From: Chlamydiia bacterium
GTDB lineage: Bacteria; Chlamydiota; Chlamydiia; Chlamydiales; JAAKFQ01
Direction of reading: 5' to 3'
Length of the DNA stretch: 17,786 bases
Assembly (NCBI GenBank): GCA_041688145.1
Contig: JBDNIV010000019.1
Location: 1-17,786 of the forward strand
Shown: one piece after another, positions 14,818 to 17,786 of the stretch
Layout of the letters: every line of letters begins with the position of its first letter
Numbering within the stretch: position 1 is the stretch's first letter
Notes under the pieces: generated by a model
What the model saw: the letters and a program-made list of their open reading frames with translations, nothing else
What the model was told of the DNA's origin: nothing
The model's database searches: none
Program-made: the position numbers and the translations under genes

Positions 14818-17529
14818 ATGAAATCGCTTTTTGTTTTTGATGCCTTGGGTTTTTTATTCCGCGCCTACTACGCGGTTCCTCCCATGACCAACGACAAAGG
14901 CGAAGAGACGCATGCACTATTTGGCTTTATCAAGCAGATCCAAAAAGTGCTTAAAGATTTTGATCCTGAATACTGCGTAGCTGTTTTTGATGGACCTGAC
15001 AATAAAGCGTCTCGCACAGCGCTATGCCCCCTTTATAAAAGTAACCGTGAAAAGGCGCCTGAAGACCTTGTGCGTCAAATGGTATGGGCTGAAGAATTTT
15101 GCAAACTCATAGGCATTGAAACTTTGACACTTAGAGGAGTTGAAGCAGATGACACGATCGGCAGTATTGCCAAATGGACAGAGGCCAATAACATTGAACT
15201 TCTTATTTGCGCACAAGATAAAGATCTTTTTCAGCTTGTGTCAGAAAAAACAAAGATGCTCAATGTCCATAAAAACAACCTCGTTATTGACAGAGATTAT
15301 GTGATAGAGCGCTTTGGAGTCCCTCCTGAAAAAATCGTAGATTTCTTAGCTATTGTAGGTGACAGCTCAGATAATGTAATTGGCATGAAAGGCATTGGCC
15401 CAAAAACAGCTGCTAAGTGGCTTGCTGAAGTAGGCTCATTGCAAAGCATTTTAGACAACCCCGAAAAGGTTCAAGGCGGAAAGAAAAAAGAACTTATAGA
15501 GTCAAGTAAAGAGCGTCTTATTTTAAGCCAAAAGCTTGTGAGTTTACACACCGATATTCCTTTCCCAAAAGAGCCCTCTTTTTTTAAACGCGAGCCAATT
15601 GATCTAGAAACTCTTCGCTCATTTTTTAAGCAGTTTAAGTTCCACTCACTTATGCCTTCTTTAACAAAAGCTTCTAAAGAAGAGTCAAGTGCAAATCCCG
15701 AAGAAAAAGAGAATGCAAGCGCAACTTTAGCTCCTTCGAGTAAATTAGCTACAACTGAGCGCATCTTAGTAGATAGCCATGAAACTCTTAATACCTTTTG
15801 CGACTCTTTAGAAAAAGCTACAAAAATCTGTTTTGATACGGAGACGACAGGCTTAGATCCTATGCAAGATAGGCTTGTCGGTATTGGCTTTGCTTTTGAT
15901 AATAAAAAAACATACTATATCCCTCTAAATAGCACTCTTTCAAAAGAACATATCTTAGAAAAACTTAAAATTGCGTTTGCAAAAACTGAAGGCGCTTTTT
16001 TTGCTCATAACCTCAAGTTTGATCTGCTGATTCTGTGGCAATTTGGACTTTTTCCAAAACGCTTTGACTTTGACACCATGCTCGCCTCCTACTTGCTTTT
16101 TGCTGCGATCCACAGACACTCATTAGACTACTTGGCACTTGAATTTTTAGACTTAGAAAAAACGCCCTTATCTGATCTGATCGGCACAGGTAAAAAGCAA
16201 ATCACAATGTTAGAGGTGCCTATAGAAAGGGCCGCTCAATACTGCTCAGAAGATGTCGAAGTAACGTGGCGCCTAAGAGATATTTTTGAAAAAAAACTGA
16301 GCGAATCTAGTCTGGAAAAACTTTTTTACGATGTAGAGATGCCACTAGTAGCTTTACTTGCTGAGATGCAAAAAGTGGGTATTTATGTCGAAAAAGAGCC
16401 TTTAGCCTATTTAGGCACGACACTCAAAGAGCGCACTGCACTTTTAGAAAAAGAGATTTTTGCCCTTGCTGATGAGAGCTTCAATCTAAATTCACCCAAA
16501 CAGCTTTCATCTATTTTATTCGAAAAGCTTTCTCTTCATCCTCCTAAAAAAACAAAGACCGGGTTTTCTACAAATTCTGATGTACTCGAGCAGCTAAAAA
16601 AAGAGCATCCTATAGCAGAAAAAATTCTAGCCTACCGCTCTTACGAAAAATTACGCTCTACGTATGTCGATGCCTTGCCTGAATATATTAATCCTAAAAC
16701 AGGGCGCATCCACTGCACATTTAACCAAACGATGACAGCAACAGGAAGGCTCTCATGTCACAGCCCAAATTTGCAAAATATTCCTGTGCGCACTGAAGAA
16801 GGCTTAAAAATTCGCAAAGCCTTTTGCCCTAAAGAGGGATCAAGCTTTGTCGCTGCGGACTATTCACAGATTGAGCTCAGAGTACTTGCTCACTTAAGTA
16901 AAGATGAAGCGCTTATAGAGGCGTTTCAAAAAGGTGAGGATATCCACACCCATACAGCCTCTCTTATTTATGACATTCCTTTAGAACAAGTCTCTTCTCA
17001 TGAAAGATTTTGTGCTAAAGCTGTAAATTTCGGTATTGTCTATGGACAAGGCCCCTTTGGCCTTTCCCAAAATCTAAAAATTGATATAGCAACCGCAAAA
17101 TCTTTTATTGAGGCCTATTTTAGACGCTACCCTAAAGTAAAAACTTTTTTAGAATCATGCAAAGAGCTCGCTCTCAAAGAAGGTTTAGTCAAGACCTTAT
17201 TAGGCAGAATCAGGCATTTACCTGATATTCATAGTAAAAATCCTCACCTAAAAGCGGCCTCAGAGCGCCTATCGACTAACACCCCTGTACAAGGCACTGG
17301 AGCAGACATTATCAAGCTGGCAATGATAAAATTACATAAACTACTCAAAGACAGGGATTTGAATGGTTTTATGGTCTTGCAGATACATGATGAGATCTTA
17401 TTGGAGGTACCGGATCACGAGGTAGAGGCAACTAAAGAAGCTCTAAAAGAGGCTATGGAAGAGGTGATTTGTCTACTAGTTCCCCTTGTAGTGACTCTGA
17501 AAGTTGGCAAAAATTGGGCTGAATGTTAA
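14818..17529 (+). CDS. polA: DNA polymerase I
   Basis: 5'-3' exonuclease (FRAYYA, YKSNR, EADD, GDSSDNVIGMKGIGPKTA), 3'-5' exonuclease (FDTETT, HNLKFD, YCSED) and polymerase motifs (TATGRLS, ADYSQIELR, KAVNFGIVYG, LQIHDE). ATG 14818 is preferred to TTG 14809. Confidence 0.98.
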   Translation: MKSLFVFDALGFLFRAYYAVPPMTNDKGEETHALFGFIKQIQKVLKDFDPEYCVAVFDGPDNKASRTALCPLYKSNREKAPEDLVRQMVWAEEFCKLIGIETLTLRGVEADDTIGSIAKWTEANNIELLICAQDKDLFQLVSEKTKMLNVHKNNLVIDRDYVIERFGVPPEKIVDFLAIVGDSSDNVIGMKGIGPKTAAKWLAEVGSLQSILDNPEKVQGGKKKELIESSKERLILSQKLVSLHTDIPFPKEPSFFKREPIDLETLRSFFKQFKFHSLMPSLTKASKEESSANPEEKENASATLAPSSKLATTERILVDSHETLNTFCDSLEKATKICFDTETTGLDPMQDRLVGIGFAFDNKKTYYIPLNSTLSKEHILEKLKIAFAKTEGAFFAHNLKFDLLILWQFGLFPKRFDFDTMLASYLLFAAIHRHSLDYLALEFLDLEKTPLSDLIGTGKKQITMLEVPIERAAQYCSEDVEVTWRLRDIFEKKLSESSLEKLFYDVEMPLVALLAEMQKVGIYVEKEPLAYLGTTLKERTALLEKEIFALADESFNLNSPKQLSSILFEKLSLHPPKKTKTGFSTNSDVLEQLKKEHPIAEKILAYRSYEKLRSTYVDALPEYINPKTGRIHCTFNQTMTATGRLSCHSPNLQNIPVRTEEGLKIRKAFCPKEGSSFVAADYSQIELRVLAHLSKDEALIEAFQKGEDIHTHTASLIYDIPLEQVSSHERFCAKAVNFGIVYGQGPFGLSQNLKIDIATAKSFIEAYFRRYPKVKTFLESCKELALKEGLVKTLLGRIRHLPDIHSKNPHLKAASERLSTNTPVQGTGADIIKLAMIKLHKLLKDRDLNGFMVLQIHDEILLEVPDHEVEATKEALKEAMEEVICLLVPLVVTLKVGKNWAEC

Positions 17530-17558
17530 AATTAGACCAGATCTTAAAGCTTCGCTAA
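17523..17558 (+). pseudogene. Micro-ORF MLKLDQILKLR overlapping the polA stop; possible 5' remnant of coaE
   Basis: ATGTTAAAATTA overlaps polA TGT-TAA and stops at TAA 17556-17558. As recalled, chlamydial coaE follows polA directly and begins ML-x-L. Confidence 0.35.
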
Positions 17559-17679
17559 AGCTCCCAGCTAGTTGATTCTTTAACCCCTCACTTTTTACCC
17601 TTTGATCTTAACACCTAATCTAAATCCATTTTTTTAAAAAAATCCCAAAATCGTAAACCCGAAAGGCAATCCACGTATT

Positions 17680-17786
17680 ATGAATGATTCTCATAACACT
17701 GAGGGCAAGCGCCCCTTCCACAACAACCGCCGTAAAGTGAGCAAAAAGCACTCTGGCCATAAGCATTCAGCAGCTGTTGCAGAAGA
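17680..17786 (+). CDS. 5' end of a gene running off the window (MNDSHNTEGKRPFHNNRRKVSKKHSGHKHSAAVAE...); possibly transcription termination factor Rho with a low-complexity N-terminus
   Basis: ATG 17680 is followed by 35 sense codons with no stop, and GAAAGG lies upstream at 17661-17666. The Rho identity is inferred only from recalled polA-coaE-rho synteny; no Rho motif is visible. Confidence 0.5.
   Translation, partial: MNDSHNTEGKRPFHNNRRKVSKKHSGHKHSAAVAE

Noticed and set aside
1..17786. CRISPR arrays, IS/transposases, integrases, prophage, defence systems, tRNA or rRNA
   Set aside because: No regularly spaced repeats or relevant protein motifs; intergenic gaps are short and show no tRNA cloverleaf.

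Overview
AT-rich, gene-dense bacterial chromosomal segment, most likely from an environmental member of the phylum Chlamydiae. This assignment is inferred from gene content and order as recalled from chlamydial genomes: pal then a LysM lipoprotein, a stand-alone SWIB protein, a CT484-like membrane TPR protein, rsmD, and pgsA-like - [variable gene] - sohB - polA. The window holds 14 largely complete CDSs: pal (5'-truncated), LysM lipoprotein, orphan OmpR/PhoB response regulator, SWIB/MDM2 protein, membrane TPR protein, large exported TPR protein, membrane-anchored VWA protein, RsmD, degenerate-ankyrin protein, DedA, CDP-alcohol phosphatidyltransferase, an Inc-like unknown protein on the minus strand, an S49 peptidase and DNA polymerase I. 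A further ORF starts at 17680 and may be rho. No mobile element, CRISPR array, tRNA or rRNA was seen. The best leads are: (1) a TPR-TPR-VWA cluster whose VWA protein has a TonB/TolA-like SxxxH anchor; (2) two lineage-specific candidate host-interaction proteins, one with a ~150-aa internal duplication and a consensus promoter implying a near-leaderless mRNA; (3) an apparent coaE remnant behind polA followed by a C-rich/G-poor leader; and (4) several operator-like palindromes. All orthology calls are from motif recognition and memory, not database searches.
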